Source of the DNA: Candidatus Limnocylindrus sp.
Lineage (GTDB): Bacteria > Chloroflexota > Limnocylindria > Limnocylindrales > Limnocylindraceae
Reading direction: 5' to 3'
Length of the DNA stretch: 64,000 nucleotides
Assembly: GCA_040397175.1 (NCBI GenBank)
Contig: JBBAWM010000002.1
Coordinates: forward strand, 96,001-160,000
In this document: positions 18,246 to 28,412 of the stretch, one piece after another
How the letters are laid out: each line of letters opens with the position of its first letter
How positions within the stretch are numbered: position 1 is the stretch's first letter
The notes under the pieces: model-generated
Databases searched by the model: none
What the model saw: the letters and a program-made list of their open reading frames with translations, nothing else
What the model was told of the DNA's origin: nothing
Made by a program: the position numbers and the translations under genes

Positions 18246-19469
18246 TCAGCCGACGATTATGGGATCCGACGGGAAGCGTGTGAGCAGCTCCAGCGTGCCC
18301 TTCGTGGCGTCCACGGCGACAAGGTCTTCGATACGAATACCAATCTGATCCTCAAGATAGATCCCCGGCTCAACGCTGAAGACCGTTGGTGACGGGAGTG
18401 GGTCCGTGCTCGCGGCACGCGAAAGGCTGGGGGCCTCGTGCGTCTGCAGCCCAATGCCATGACCGAGGCCGTGATCGTAGATGCCGTTCCCAGTGCCCAT
18501 GGCCCGCCGCGTCTCTTCATCGCAGCTGCGACCAGAAGGCATGGTTTTGCTAGGCCCAGTAATGGACTGCCGTAGAAGGTCCAATGTCGCAGCCTGACCA
18601 CGATGCACCTGCTCGTAGAGCGCAAGGTCCGCGTCGCTGGCGGTACCAACGAAGAGCGTTCGAGTCATGTCACTGCGGTAGCCCGCAACCTGTGCGCCGA
18701 AATCAAAGAGGATCACTTCACCGTGCTTCAGTGCACGGGCACTTGGACTCCCATGTGGGAGCGCGGCGTTGCCACCAGCCAAGGCGGCCACATCGAAGGC
18801 GAGCGCCTCGGCGCCATCCTCGCGCATGCCGCGCTCCAGGGACCACGCTAGGGCCGCCTCGGTGGCGCCCGGGGCAATCTGCGGCAGGAGTCGAGCGAGC
18901 GCACGATCGGCTACAGCGCAAGCGGCGGTGATTCGTTCGATCTCCGCTGGCTCCTTGCGCGCCCGCTGTCCGCCGCCGAACCCCTTCACGGGCACCAGCT
19001 CCACGCCGGTGGCCGTAGCGGCGATGCGCTCCCAGACGGCGTGACGAACCGCCTGTGGATCAAGCCCGCAGCGTCGCACGCCATGTGCCACCAGCCAGCG
19101 GCCAATCGTCTCGCCTGCATCACTGCCGTAGTCGAGTGCTGTGGCAAGCGGCGCCTCGCGTCGCGCCTGAACGGTGTAGCGTGAATCTACGAGCACGGCG
19201 AGATCGTCGCCACTGACTAAGAGCCAGCCACTGGAACCAGCCACGGGCTCCTCGTTCGGACCGAACTCCATCCCCGAGAAGTAGCGTGCGTCAGCGTGCG
19301 AGGTCAGCAACAGTGCATCAAGCCGCTCGTCGATCGCCCGAGCGCGTAACGCTGATAATCGGCCAGGTTGTGCCAAGCGATCAGCTGTTCGCCAGCGGTC
19401 GAGATCGAGCGCTGTTGGCGCTCGGGAAAATTCTTCGGGCCGCGGTAGCGTGGTGCGCACGCGCATCAC
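18246..19469 (-). CDS. Xaa-Pro aminopeptidase (M24 family)
   Basis: PH, DFG, SDMTRT, HGLGHGIG..HE, EPG, RIED; typical position upstream of efp. Confidence 0.92.
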   Translation of the reverse strand: MMRVRTTLPRPEEFSRAPTALDLDRWRTADRLAQPGRLSALRARAIDERLDALLLTSHADARYFSGMEFGPNEEPVAGSSGWLLVSGDDLAVLVDSRYTVQARREAPLATALDYGSDAGETIGRWLVAHGVRRCGLDPQAVRHAVWERIAATATGVELVPVKGFGGGQRARKEPAEIERITAACAVADRALARLLPQIAPGATEAALAWSLERGMREDGAEALAFDVAALAGGNAALPHGSPSARALKHGEVILFDFGAQVAGYRSDMTRTLFVGTASDADLALYEQVHRGQAATLDLLRQSITGPSKTMPSGRSCDEETRRAMGTGNGIYDHGLGHGIGLQTHEAPSLSRAASTDPLPSPTVFSVEPGIYLEDQIGIRIEDLVAVDATKGTLELLTRFPSDPIIVG

Positions 19470-20653
19470 TTCCAGCCGTATTTTCGGGCCTTCGCCTCAT
19501 GTTCGGCGAGGGTCTTGCTGAAATCGTGTCGACCTTTCCCATCCGGAATCAACACGAAGTACAGCTCCTTTCGGCTCAGGTCAGGCTGACGTGCTGCGAT
19601 GATCGAGGTAAGCGTTGGTGAGCAGAACGGGGCTGGCGGTATGCCACCTCGAACGAACGTGTTCCACGGCACGAGGTCTGCTGGCACGCGCGGTGGAATG
19701 AGGCCGGAATACGGCTTTGCCGGGAACCTCCAGAATTCATAGTTGGCCCATTTTGAGAGTTTGAGATTCCGCAATGCCGCGGAGTCAGCCACCCAAATGA
19801 TCGACGGATCGGCGAAGAGCCCCTGGCCAAGCTGCAACCGATATGCGTAAACCCCGGCCATGCGCGGCCGCTCATCATCTACCGCAGCCTCTTTCTCTAC
19901 GATTGAGGCGAGGGTCAAGATCTCGTTGAACGAATGGACACCCGAGCTCCCACGGTATTGCTCGGGCACCTGTTCCGCAAAGCGGTCGAGCAGGATGCGG
20001 ACGAAGCTCTCAGCGCTCGCTGAAACTGGCACGCTGAGGGAGCCAGAGCCAAGACGCCCTTCTAACGTTCCGCCGGGTGGTAGATCAAGCCATGGGTAGT
20101 CGGCAACCAGGGCGGCGCTCGGCCTCCGAAGGATTTCCAGCACGTCTGCCGCCTTGAAGGGGAGCTCGAGCGTGGTCAACTTGGCCACGATCTGTTCAAT
20201 GCGCAGGCCGGCGCGAATGTCGACGGCGATCGTCGGCTCGTGATACGGAGTCGTCAGCGCCTTCGCAACCTCGGTGGGGGTCATGGTCGCGGCGATCTTG
20301 AACGTGCCTGCCTGAAGCTTTCCGTCGAGGCCTGCTGCACGCACCGCGTAGAGGAAGCCGACTTCGTCGGCGATCAGCCCCGCCTCATGGAGTTGGCCAG
20401 CGATGGCGGCATTCCCCATCCCAGCGGCAATCTCCACCGCCACCAATGTGGGGTCGCTCCCAGCCGGATCGGTCGTACGTGTGCCGAGTCGCTCAAGAAT
20501 GATGTCACTAATGATCGGCAGTGCGGCGATCCCCGGGGATCGAACGCCCGCAGTCACGAGTGCATCGCCAATGAGCGGCGGCGCGGCGACGCGGAAGAGT
20601 ACGGCAGCGATGAGCACTCCAGCAATCACACGAATGAGGCGTGTTCGGCTCAT
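19466..20653 (-). CDS. mltG: Endolytic transglycosylase MltG
   Basis: N-terminal TM, LQAG, ASIVEKEA catalytic Glu, DPS, WNT..GIPP.P, LYFV...H.FS.T..EH. Confidence 0.9.
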   Translation of the reverse strand: MSRTRLIRVIAGVLIAAVLFRVAAPPLIGDALVTAGVRSPGIAALPIISDIILERLGTRTTDPAGSDPTLVAVEIAAGMGNAAIAGQLHEAGLIADEVGFLYAVRAAGLDGKLQAGTFKIAATMTPTEVAKALTTPYHEPTIAVDIRAGLRIEQIVAKLTTLELPFKAADVLEILRRPSAALVADYPWLDLPPGGTLEGRLGSGSLSVPVSASAESFVRILLDRFAEQVPEQYRGSSGVHSFNEILTLASIVEKEAAVDDERPRMAGVYAYRLQLGQGLFADPSIIWVADSAALRNLKLSKWANYEFWRFPAKPYSGLIPPRVPADLVPWNTFVRGGIPPAPFCSPTLTSIIAARQPDLSRKELYFVLIPDGKGRHDFSKTLAEHEAKARKYGWK

Positions 20654-21156
20654 CTCGCTGCCTCACTCGCATCGGACAACAGGGCCCTCGCGTCGACCAG
20701 GAGATCAGGATTGAGGGCATCCTCCAAGATGAGCCGTGCCGCTTCGCGGTCAATGGCGACGCGTCGCGCCTCACGGCGAGCCGGACCAGGTGCACCGCCG
20801 CTGCTCCCCCGCGGCGCCCGACCGAGCGACGCCTCGGCGCGTTGCGACGAGTAGCGTTCATCGACAAATGTGACGGGCAGTTGCAGCGAGTTTGCGATAT
20901 CAGCCGCCCATTCGAGGGTGGCGGCCGCTTGCGGGCTCAGACTTCCATCACTGTGGAGCGGGAGTCCCACGACGAGCTCTGTCACGCGCCCCTCCGCGAC
21001 GATGGTTCGGAGTCGCTCACAGTCGCCCGCGGCGGTGGGGCGACGCATCATGGTTGGCAATCCACGTGCGGAGGCAGAATCCTCACGGAGTGCGAGGCCA
21101 ATGCGTCGTTCGCCAAGATCGATGCCGAGAGCGCGGCGACCTGATGGGGCGCTCAT
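20650..21156 (-). CDS. ruvX: Holliday junction resolvase-like RuvX/YqgF
   Basis: GIDLGERRIGLA, VVGLP, DERYSS, ID..AA..IL; alaS-ruvX-mltG synteny. Confidence 0.93.
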   Translation of the reverse strand: MSAPSGRRALGIDLGERRIGLALREDSASARGLPTMMRRPTAAGDCERLRTIVAEGRVTELVVGLPLHSDGSLSPQAAATLEWAADIANSLQLPVTFVDERYSSQRAEASLGRAPRGSSGGAPGPARREARRVAIDREAARLILEDALNPDLLVDARALLSDASEAAR

Positions 21157-23882
21157 GAGCGAGTCACTGGAGTACCGAGGGCCTTCGCGAGAACCTTCGT
21201 CGCTTCATCCGAATTACTCCCGACGGCGCCGCGGCCCTGTCCCATTGCTGGTCGCCCGCCACCACGTCCGCCGAGTGCCGATGCCGCCGCGGCGGCGAGT
21301 GCACCCGCATCATGCTCCGCACTCCCCTCAACCGAGACGAAGATCTCTGGGCTTTCCGCAGGTCGTACGAGCGCAAGGACGCCTGCCCCCAACGCCTTGC
21401 GGAGCTGCTTGGCCGCCGCCTTCAACGCCTCATCGTCTTCGACATCCAGCACCGCGACAAGGATCGAGAGCCCGCCCTGCTTGGTCGCTTGTGCTGCGAG
21501 AGCGGCCAGGTCGATGCGGGCCGAGCCGCCAGCCTTCGCGCGTCGCTTCGCCTCTTTCAGTTCTGCCTGAAGGGCGGCAATGCGCTGCGGCACCGTGTGG
21601 GCATCTTGCGCACCCGCCGCCTCGGCGCTCGCCTCAAGGGTGCGCGACTGTTGGCGTAGGTACTCGTCGGCGGCCGCCCCCGTGAGCGCTTCGATGCGGC
21701 GTAGCCCAGAGCCGATGCTGCGCTCGCTGGTGATCACGAAGCTCCCGATCTGACCGGTGGCGCGGCAGTGTGTGCCGCCACAGAGCTCGTGCGAGTACTC
21801 CTCCATGCGTACGGTGCGCACCATTTCGCCGTACTTCTCATCGAAGAAGGCGTCGGCGCCCGCCTTGACCGCTTCGCCCATGCTCATCTGCGCCACGACG
21901 ACAGTCATATCATCACGGATAGCTCGACGGACTTCGGCCTCCGTTTGGTCGCGCTCATCGCGCGTGAGTGCACGCTCAAGTGGATAGTCAAATCGTAGGT
22001 AGTCGGGGTGGACGAGCGAGCCACGCTGCTTCGCCTCAGCCCCCGCCACGATGCGGATCGCCCGGTGTAGAACGTGCGTCGCCGTGTGATTCCTCATCGT
22101 TGCCGCGCGACGAACCGGTTCAACACGCAGAGCAATGGTATCCCCAACCGAAAGGGGTGCCGCCGCGCGAACGGTATGAACGGTGAGTGCGCCGACCGGA
22201 CGCTGCGTATCGCTCACCTCCGCAAGCGGCTTCCCGCGGGCATCAAGTATCTGCCCCGCGTCACCAACCTGTCCTCCGCGCTCGGAGTAGAACGGGGTGC
22301 GCCCAACAATCAGTTGCCCCTCTTCGCCGGCCGACAGCGCCGGAACCTCGACACCGTCGCGAAGGAGTCCCAGGATCGTACTCTCGGCGTTGAGTTGTTC
22401 GTAGCCGACGAAGTCTGTCTCGCCGACGCGTCGCAGGATCTCTTCGTAGAGGGCCGTCGTCACGGCGATCTCCGCAAGGGCAGCCTTCTTGCCGCCGCGG
22501 CTGCGTTCACGCTGTTCCGCCAAGGCGCTCTCAAAACCGGCACGGTCAACGGCAACACCACGTTCCGCTGCAAGTTCAACGGTGAGATCAATTGGGAAGC
22601 CATACGTATCGTGCAACTTAAAGGCAATCTCGCCACCGAGCGTCGGACTTGCGGCTGGCAGGTCATCAGCACGACGGCCAACGACGCTCTCCCCTGCCCC
22701 GAGTTCGGCGAGCGCATCACCGAGCAGGCTTGAACCGGCATCGAGCGTTCGTGCGAACTGCGCCTCTTCACGTTCGATCCCTTCAAGTATCGCCGTCTCT
22801 GCATCGCGCAGGTACGGATAGGAGGGCGCCATGATTGCCACAACCTCGCGAGCGATGGTGCCGAGGAACGGCTTGGTGATCCCGAGGAGTCGCGCATGGC
22901 GCACCGCGCGCCGAATGATGCGACGCAACACGTAGCCACGCCCCTCATTCCCCGGTCGCACGCCGTCGGCGAGCAGGAAGGTTACGGCGCGTGAGTGATC
23001 GGCAATCACCTGGTAGCTAAAGCGCTGCGCGTCAAACTCGGCCATCGAGTGTTTGGTGATGTTGCGCATCGCAGCATGGATTGGCAGGAAGAGGTCGGTG
23101 TCGTAGTTGGAGAGCACCTGCTGCGAGACGCTGGCGAGCCGCTCCAGGCCCATGCCAGTATCGACACTCTTGAAGGGGAGCTCGGTGCGGCGACCGTCTG
23201 GGTGCTGCTCGTACTGCATGAAGACGAGATTCCACACTTCGAGCCAGCGCGGGCAGTGCTCGGAGTGGTCTGGGAGGCAGTCGGCGCCGCAAGAGAGATC
23301 TGCGCCGCGATCAAAGTGAATCTCGGAGCAGGGGCCACAGGGGCCCGTCTCGGCCATGCGCCAGAAGTTCGCATCGTTCCCCTTGTCGACGTTGCCCCAG
23401 CGTGCGAGTCGATCGGCGGGCACGCCGACCTCCTTCAGCCAGATGTCCGCCGACTCCTTATCGTCGCTATAGACCGTAACGGCGAGGCGATCGGCGGGGA
23501 TCCCCGCTTCGACGGTGAGGAACTCCCACGCCCAGAGGATCGCATCGCGCTTGAAGTAGTCCCCGAACGACCAGGAGCCGAGCATCTCGAAGAGGGTGTG
23601 GTGTCGAGGGGTTCGGCCGACCTCCTCGAAGTCGTTGTGCTTCCCCGCCACTCGGAGGCAGCGCTGGTAGTCGACGGCGCGGCGATACGAGCGGGTCTCG
23701 GCACCACTGAAGAGCTCTTTGAACTGCACCATCCCCGAGTTCGTGAAAAGGAGGGTGGCGTCGCCGGCGGGGACGAGCGAGGCGCTCGGCACTTGGGTAT
23801 GTCCACGCGCCTCAAAGAACGCCACGAACCGAGACCGAAGGTCGGCGGCGCTCTGCGTCGGGATTCGAGGATCGCGTTCCAC
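21153..23882 (-). CDS. alaS: Alanine--tRNA ligase
   Basis: LLFTNSGMVQFK, GPCGPCSEI, DTGMGLER, DH.R, NHTATH, ELCGGTH, GLRRIEA. Confidence 0.98.
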   Translation of the reverse strand: MERDPRIPTQSAADLRSRFVAFFEARGHTQVPSASLVPAGDATLLFTNSGMVQFKELFSGAETRSYRRAVDYQRCLRVAGKHNDFEEVGRTPRHHTLFEMLGSWSFGDYFKRDAILWAWEFLTVEAGIPADRLAVTVYSDDKESADIWLKEVGVPADRLARWGNVDKGNDANFWRMAETGPCGPCSEIHFDRGADLSCGADCLPDHSEHCPRWLEVWNLVFMQYEQHPDGRRTELPFKSVDTGMGLERLASVSQQVLSNYDTDLFLPIHAAMRNITKHSMAEFDAQRFSYQVIADHSRAVTFLLADGVRPGNEGRGYVLRRIIRRAVRHARLLGITKPFLGTIAREVVAIMAPSYPYLRDAETAILEGIEREEAQFARTLDAGSSLLGDALAELGAGESVVGRRADDLPAASPTLGGEIAFKLHDTYGFPIDLTVELAAERGVAVDRAGFESALAEQRERSRGGKKAALAEIAVTTALYEEILRRVGETDFVGYEQLNAESTILGLLRDGVEVPALSAGEEGQLIVGRTPFYSERGGQVGDAGQILDARGKPLAEVSDTQRPVGALTVHTVRAAAPLSVGDTIALRVEPVRRAATMRNHTATHVLHRAIRIVAGAEAKQRGSLVHPDYLRFDYPLERALTRDERDQTEAEVRRAIRDDMTVVVAQMSMGEAVKAGADAFFDEKYGEMVRTVRMEEYSHELCGGTHCRATGQIGSFVITSERSIGSGLRRIEALTGAAADEYLRQQSRTLEASAEAAGAQDAHTVPQRIAALQAELKEAKRRAKAGGSARIDLAALAAQATKQGGLSILVAVLDVEDDEALKAAAKQLRKALGAGVLALVRPAESPEIFVSVEGSAEHDAGALAAAAASALGGRGGGRPAMGQGRGAVGSNSDEATKVLAKALGTPVTRS

Positions 23883-23912
23883 GCTCGGAGTGTACCCGAG
23901 GGGGTCGACGCC

Positions 23913-24188
23913 TTAGGGTCGCTGCCCTCGCTCCCAATCGGTCGCAATCCGCGCGGTCAACCGCTCGCCGAGGAGTGCGCCGATGAGCGGGGCCGGCCAC
24001 GCCGTGCCGCCCACGGGGTAGAGCCCGCCCAGAAGGCGCTCAGCCGCCACCTGCAGCACGAGCGCGCCGACGACTGCACCGAGGAGCCCGACTGGGAGGG
24101 AGGCGCGCACGGAGAGGAGTCGCCCGGCGAGCAACGCCACCCCCACGGAGAGGGCGATGAGGAGCGGTGCCGGTTCAATTGCGATCAT
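23913..24188 (-). CDS. Small hydrophobic membrane protein (possibly GlsB/YeaQ/YmgE-like)
   Basis: 91 aa, 2-3 Gly-rich TM segments, ATGA-coupled to mnmA, fills the mnmA-alaS gap. Confidence 0.6.
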   Translation of the reverse strand: MIAIEPAPLLIALSVGVALLAGRLLSVRASLPVGLLGAVVGALVLQVAAERLLGGLYPVGGTAWPAPLIGALLGERLTARIATDWERGQRP

Positions 24189-25345
24189 GTGGAACGTTTT
24201 GGGCGGGCGATCCGCGCGCCTGCAACGAGGGTCTCCCCGTCGTAGAGCACCACCGTCTGGCCAGGTGATGGCGCCCAGAGCGGATCGCTCAGCGCAAGGG
24301 TTGCAGCACCGCCGCCAAGGCCCGTCAGGGTGCCCTGAGCCAGCGCACCGCGATGACGAATGCGCGCAAGCCCCTGGACCTGCACACCACTGGCGATGAG
24401 TCCCTCTGGCGTTGCCGCTTCGACGAGTGGAATGCTGCGCACATCGAGCGCTGCACGTGGCGCAATGGTGATCCTATTGGTCACAGGGTCAACCGAGCTG
24501 ACATAGCGCGCCGAGACTCCACTCCCTGGGAGACCCCTGCGCTGTCCAACGGTGAAGCCTTCACTTCCCGCATGCGTTCCCACAACGGCGCCAGATTCGT
24601 CAAGGACCTCACCCTCCCCGCGGGCAGCACCACGTTCACGCAACAGGCTGCGGTAATCGCCGTCGGGGACAAAGCAGATCTCTTGACTCTCGGGCTTCTC
24701 TGCCGTGACCAGGCCGCGCGAACGTGCGATCTCGCGCACCTCGGGCTTCGTCAATCCACCCAACGGGAATCGAGCTCGTGCAATCGCAGCGGTGTCGAGT
24801 CCGTGCAGGAAGTAGGTCTGGTCCTTCTCGGTGTCGACAGCGGCGCGTAGCCGCCAGGAACGGCCGTCGGTAGAGGCTGCGCGACGGGCATAGTGCCCGG
24901 TGGCCACCGCATCGCACCCAAACAGGGCACTCCCCTTGCCAACAAGCGCACCGAACTTTACCGCTGTGTTGCACCCCACGCAGGGGCTTGGCGTCTCGCC
25001 GCTCTGATACGCCGCCACAAAGGGCTCCAACACGGCGTCGGCGAACTCCTGCTCGAGATTCTGAATGTGGAACGGAATGCCGAGATGATCCGCAACGCGA
25101 CGTGCGTCGTCGGCGGCGTCAAGGGTGCAGCAGCTCTTGCGGTGACCGTCACGCTGGTCGGCGGCGCTGTGGAGTCGCATCCATACGCCCACCACTTCAT
25201 GGCCCGCCTCAACCAAGAGTGCGGCAGCGACCGATGAGTCAACGCCACCAGAGAGCGCAACAAGAACGCGCTCTGGCGCGATTGCCTCGGGTGCGGCCTG
25301 CCAACCTGCAGGGAGCCCGCCGAGCGGTGTCGTTGTCAGCGTCAT
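24185..25345 (-). CDS. mnmA: tRNA 2-thiouridine(34) synthase MnmA
   Basis: ALSGGVDSS, KSCC, PSPCVGCN, ATGHYA, KDQTYFL, ESQEICF, TVGQRRG, PGQ. Confidence 0.96.
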   Translation of the reverse strand: MTLTTTPLGGLPAGWQAAPEAIAPERVLVALSGGVDSSVAAALLVEAGHEVVGVWMRLHSAADQRDGHRKSCCTLDAADDARRVADHLGIPFHIQNLEQEFADAVLEPFVAAYQSGETPSPCVGCNTAVKFGALVGKGSALFGCDAVATGHYARRAASTDGRSWRLRAAVDTEKDQTYFLHGLDTAAIARARFPLGGLTKPEVREIARSRGLVTAEKPESQEICFVPDGDYRSLLRERGAARGEGEVLDESGAVVGTHAGSEGFTVGQRRGLPGSGVSARYVSSVDPVTNRITIAPRAALDVRSIPLVEAATPEGLIASGVQVQGLARIRHRGALAQGTLTGLGGGAATLALSDPLWAPSPGQTVVLYDGETLVAGARIARPKRST

Positions 25346-26496
25346 GCTGGCACCGCGGTACGCACGCGCTCCAACACAGAGCGCACCACCGTCGCAGCGT
25401 GGCGTGCCTCCTCCACGGTGGAGGTGCGCCCAAACGTGAGGCGAAGGCCACCACGTGACTCTCCGTCACTATGCCCCATGCCGCGGAGCGCCTCCGAGGG
25501 TTCGCGGGATCCGCTGATGCACGCCGAACCGGTCGAGGCGGCGATCCCCGCGTGGTCGAGAGCCGCAACGAGGTCATCACCAAGCGCCCAATCAGCGGCG
25601 TAGGAGCGATGCCCTGCGAGGCGTGTGTCACTCGTAAACGGCGCGCCAGTTGGCACGAGCCCGAGCAAAGCGACTGGGCCGAGCGCGCCGTCAAAGGCGT
25701 CGGTGAGCGCGGCGAGGTGCTGGCGTGTTTGTGCGGCGTGGAGACGGTGAGCACGATATGCGGCGGCGAATCCGGCGGCAAGGACTACCGCCTCCGTGCC
25801 GCCCCGACGGCCGCGCTCCTGACCGCCACCAACGACCAGGGGTCGCACCTTGGCATCAACTGCGCTGATCAGTGCGGCGATGCCAAACGGTCCGCCAACC
25901 TTGGCAGAGCCCACAACAAGATGCGCAGCTCCGGTCGCTTGGGCGTTCAGTTCGTGGTGGTATGCCGCTTGCACCGCATCGACAACGAGTGCTCCACCAC
26001 CCGATGCGCGCCATGCAGTCGTGAACGCTGCCCACGGCTGGATCGTGCCTACTTCGCCTGAGGCGAGGGCGAAGAGCCCAACGGCTCCTGGGTAAGAGAG
26101 GCGGGCGCCGGGGACCTGCATCACCCCTTGCACGTCCAGCGGCAGAAGCTCAGTAGGTCCGCCCGCGGCGGCGTGCTGCGCCGCCAGAGCGCGGGATCCA
26201 CGGTGCTCCCCCGCCGTCGTCACCAGTGGCAGGGTCGGCGTCAAGGCGGAGTGCAGTCCGAGGGCAAGCGCCTCGGAGGCCGTCGCGGTGAAGGTGATCT
26301 GCCGTGGCTCAACGCCAAAATCCTCAGCGAGGCTCGCCCGCGCGTCGTCGAGAACCGCTCGCGCTCGACGAGCCTCCGTGTGGCCGCCGTTCGGATTGCC
26401 GATACCGGCGCGTTGCAGCTCAGCCATCAGTTCCACGACCTCTGGGAGCGTTGGCGATCCCGCCGCGTGATCCAGGAAGATACGGGATGGCGTCAT
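25342..26496 (-). CDS. iscS: Cysteine desulfurase (IscS/NifS group I-like)
   Basis: FLDHAA, GNP, EH, DAVQ, SAK.GGP, GGGQE.G.R.GTE, STGSAC; coupled to mnmA. Confidence 0.88.
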   Translation of the reverse strand: MTPSRIFLDHAAGSPTLPEVVELMAELQRAGIGNPNGGHTEARRARAVLDDARASLAEDFGVEPRQITFTATASEALALGLHSALTPTLPLVTTAGEHRGSRALAAQHAAAGGPTELLPLDVQGVMQVPGARLSYPGAVGLFALASGEVGTIQPWAAFTTAWRASGGGALVVDAVQAAYHHELNAQATGAAHLVVGSAKVGGPFGIAALISAVDAKVRPLVVGGGQERGRRGGTEAVVLAAGFAAAYRAHRLHAAQTRQHLAALTDAFDGALGPVALLGLVPTGAPFTSDTRLAGHRSYAADWALGDDLVAALDHAGIAASTGSACISGSREPSEALRGMGHSDGESRGGLRLTFGRTSTVEEARHAATVVRSVLERVRTAVPA

Positions 26497-26506
26497 CGGA
26501 CGAAGG

Positions 26507-28369
26507 CTACTGGGACTCCCGCATTTCGGCGCGGCGGCCCGCATCACGGCGACGGTCATTCTCGTTCAGCAGGCGCTTGCGCAAACGCAGCGACGAGGGG
26601 GTTACCTCGATTAGCTCGTCGGGTCCGATGAACTCGAGGGCGTTCTCCAGCGCCATGCGGCGCGGCGGGGTCAGGCGAATCGCCTCATCATGCGAGTGGG
26701 TACGCATATTAGTGAGCTTCTTTTCACGAACGGCGTTCACATCCATGTCGCCAGGCTTCGCACTCTCACCAATGATCTGCCCTTCGTACGTCTGCTCGCC
26801 CTCATTAACAAAGAGTTCGCCGCGCTCCTGAATGCCGTAGAGCGCATACCCAGTGGTCATGCCCGTTCGGTCAGAGATAAGGCAGCCATTTGTTCGATGT
26901 GGGATCTCGCCGACCCAGGGCTTGTAGCCCGCGGAGAGCTGATGGATCAGGGCGGTGCCGCGCGTCTCGGTGAGGATTCGCCCACGCACGCCGATCAGGC
27001 CACGTGTTGGGATGAGGAAGTCAACGCGAGCACGACCATCGGCGCCGTGCTGGATGTTCTCCATGCGCGCACGACGTTCGGCCATGATGCCGGTGATCAC
27101 GCCAACGAAATCGACTGGCACATCGATCGTGAGCTGCTCGAATGGCTCCTCGATGCCGTTTGCCGTTCGGTGAATCAGCACCTCTGGTCGTGAAACCTCG
27201 AGCTCAAATCCTTCGCGGCGCATCTGCTCTACCAGAATCGCGAGCTGCAACTCACCGCGGCCACGCACTTGGAAGGCTTCGCCTGAATCGGTAGGACTGA
27301 CCTCAATCGCAGGATTGCCGAGCACCTCTTTTTCGAGTCGGGCCTTCAACTGTCGTGAGGTGAGGAACTTTCCGTCCTTGCCGCCAATTGGACTCGTATT
27401 GACGCCGAAGGTCATCTGCAGGGTTGGCGGATCAACATGGAGTCGCTCCAGTGGGCGCGGGTCAGCTTGATCGGTGATCGTCTCGCCGATCTCAACATCG
27501 GCGAGTCCGGCAATGCCAACGATCTCACCAGGGCCGGCCTCAGGAACTTCGACACGCTCGATCCCTTGCGGCAGGGTGAGGCTGGTAACGGTTCCCGTTA
27601 CCGCGCTCCCTTCGCGAATGATGGTGATCTTGGCCCCCTTGCGAACGACACCGTTGCGGATGCGACCGACGGCGATGCGCCCAACGAAGTCGTTGGCGGC
27701 AAGGTTCGTAATCAGCACCTGCAGCGGGTGCCCTGGCTCGTGCATCGGTGCAGGCGCCGTTACGAGTACGCAATCAAGGAGTGGGATCAGGTCTGTGCCA
27801 GGCTGCTCTAGGTCTCGCGTGGCGGTGCCGGCACGGGCATTCGTATAGACGATTGGGAAGTCGATCTGCTGCTCGTTCGCCCCGAGGTCTAGGAAGAGCT
27901 CGTAGACCTCATCGATGACCTCCTTGATGCGCGCATCCGGTCGGTCGATCTTGTTGATGACGAGGATGACGGGGAGCGACCGCGCGAGCGCCTTTGAGAG
28001 CACGTAGCGCGTCTGTGGGAGTGGCCCCTCGGAGGCGTCCACCAGGAGGAGGACGGCGTCGACGGCGAGAAGGCTTCGCTCCACCTCGCCCCCGAAGTCG
28101 GCGTGCCCTGGGGTGTCGACGATGACCACGCGGACCCCCTTGAAGTCGATGGCGGTCTCCTTGGCGAGGATCGTGATCCCCTTCTCGCGCTCAAGGTCAC
28201 CGCTATCCATGACGCGCTCGACGAGCTCTTCGTTCGCGCGGAATGCGCCGTTCTGGCGAAGGAGGCTGTCGACCAGCGTGGTCTTGCCGTGGTCAACGTG
28301 CGCGACGATACCAACCGTGCGAATGCCGGTTTGCGCGACGAGACCTGCTGGTGGATTGACTGAGGTCAT
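26507..28369 (-). CDS. typA: Translational GTPase TypA/BipA
   Basis: AHVDHGKTTLVD, ERE.GITILAK, DTPGHADFGGEVER, GRGELQL, KKLTNMR; start placed at ATG 28369. Confidence 0.97.
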   Translation of the reverse strand: MTSVNPPAGLVAQTGIRTVGIVAHVDHGKTTLVDSLLRQNGAFRANEELVERVMDSGDLEREKGITILAKETAIDFKGVRVVIVDTPGHADFGGEVERSLLAVDAVLLLVDASEGPLPQTRYVLSKALARSLPVILVINKIDRPDARIKEVIDEVYELFLDLGANEQQIDFPIVYTNARAGTATRDLEQPGTDLIPLLDCVLVTAPAPMHEPGHPLQVLITNLAANDFVGRIAVGRIRNGVVRKGAKITIIREGSAVTGTVTSLTLPQGIERVEVPEAGPGEIVGIAGLADVEIGETITDQADPRPLERLHVDPPTLQMTFGVNTSPIGGKDGKFLTSRQLKARLEKEVLGNPAIEVSPTDSGEAFQVRGRGELQLAILVEQMRREGFELEVSRPEVLIHRTANGIEEPFEQLTIDVPVDFVGVITGIMAERRARMENIQHGADGRARVDFLIPTRGLIGVRGRILTETRGTALIHQLSAGYKPWVGEIPHRTNGCLISDRTGMTTGYALYGIQERGELFVNEGEQTYEGQIIGESAKPGDMDVNAVREKKLTNMRTHSHDEAIRLTPPRRMALENALEFIGPDELIEVTPSSLRLRKRLLNENDRRRDAGRRAEMRESQ

Positions 28370-28412
28370 CGGGAGATTCTCGCACGCTTCGCCGACCCGT
28401 ATACTCCTGGGC

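Noticed and set aside
22995-24245. 416-aa plus-strand ORF and other long antisense ORFs (10305-11252, 11397-12326, 16301-17338, 35797-36786, 37776-38813, 41637-42671)
   Set aside because: They lie opposite well-conserved genes, have low-complexity or unrecognisable translations, and are expected shadows of high-GC codon usage.
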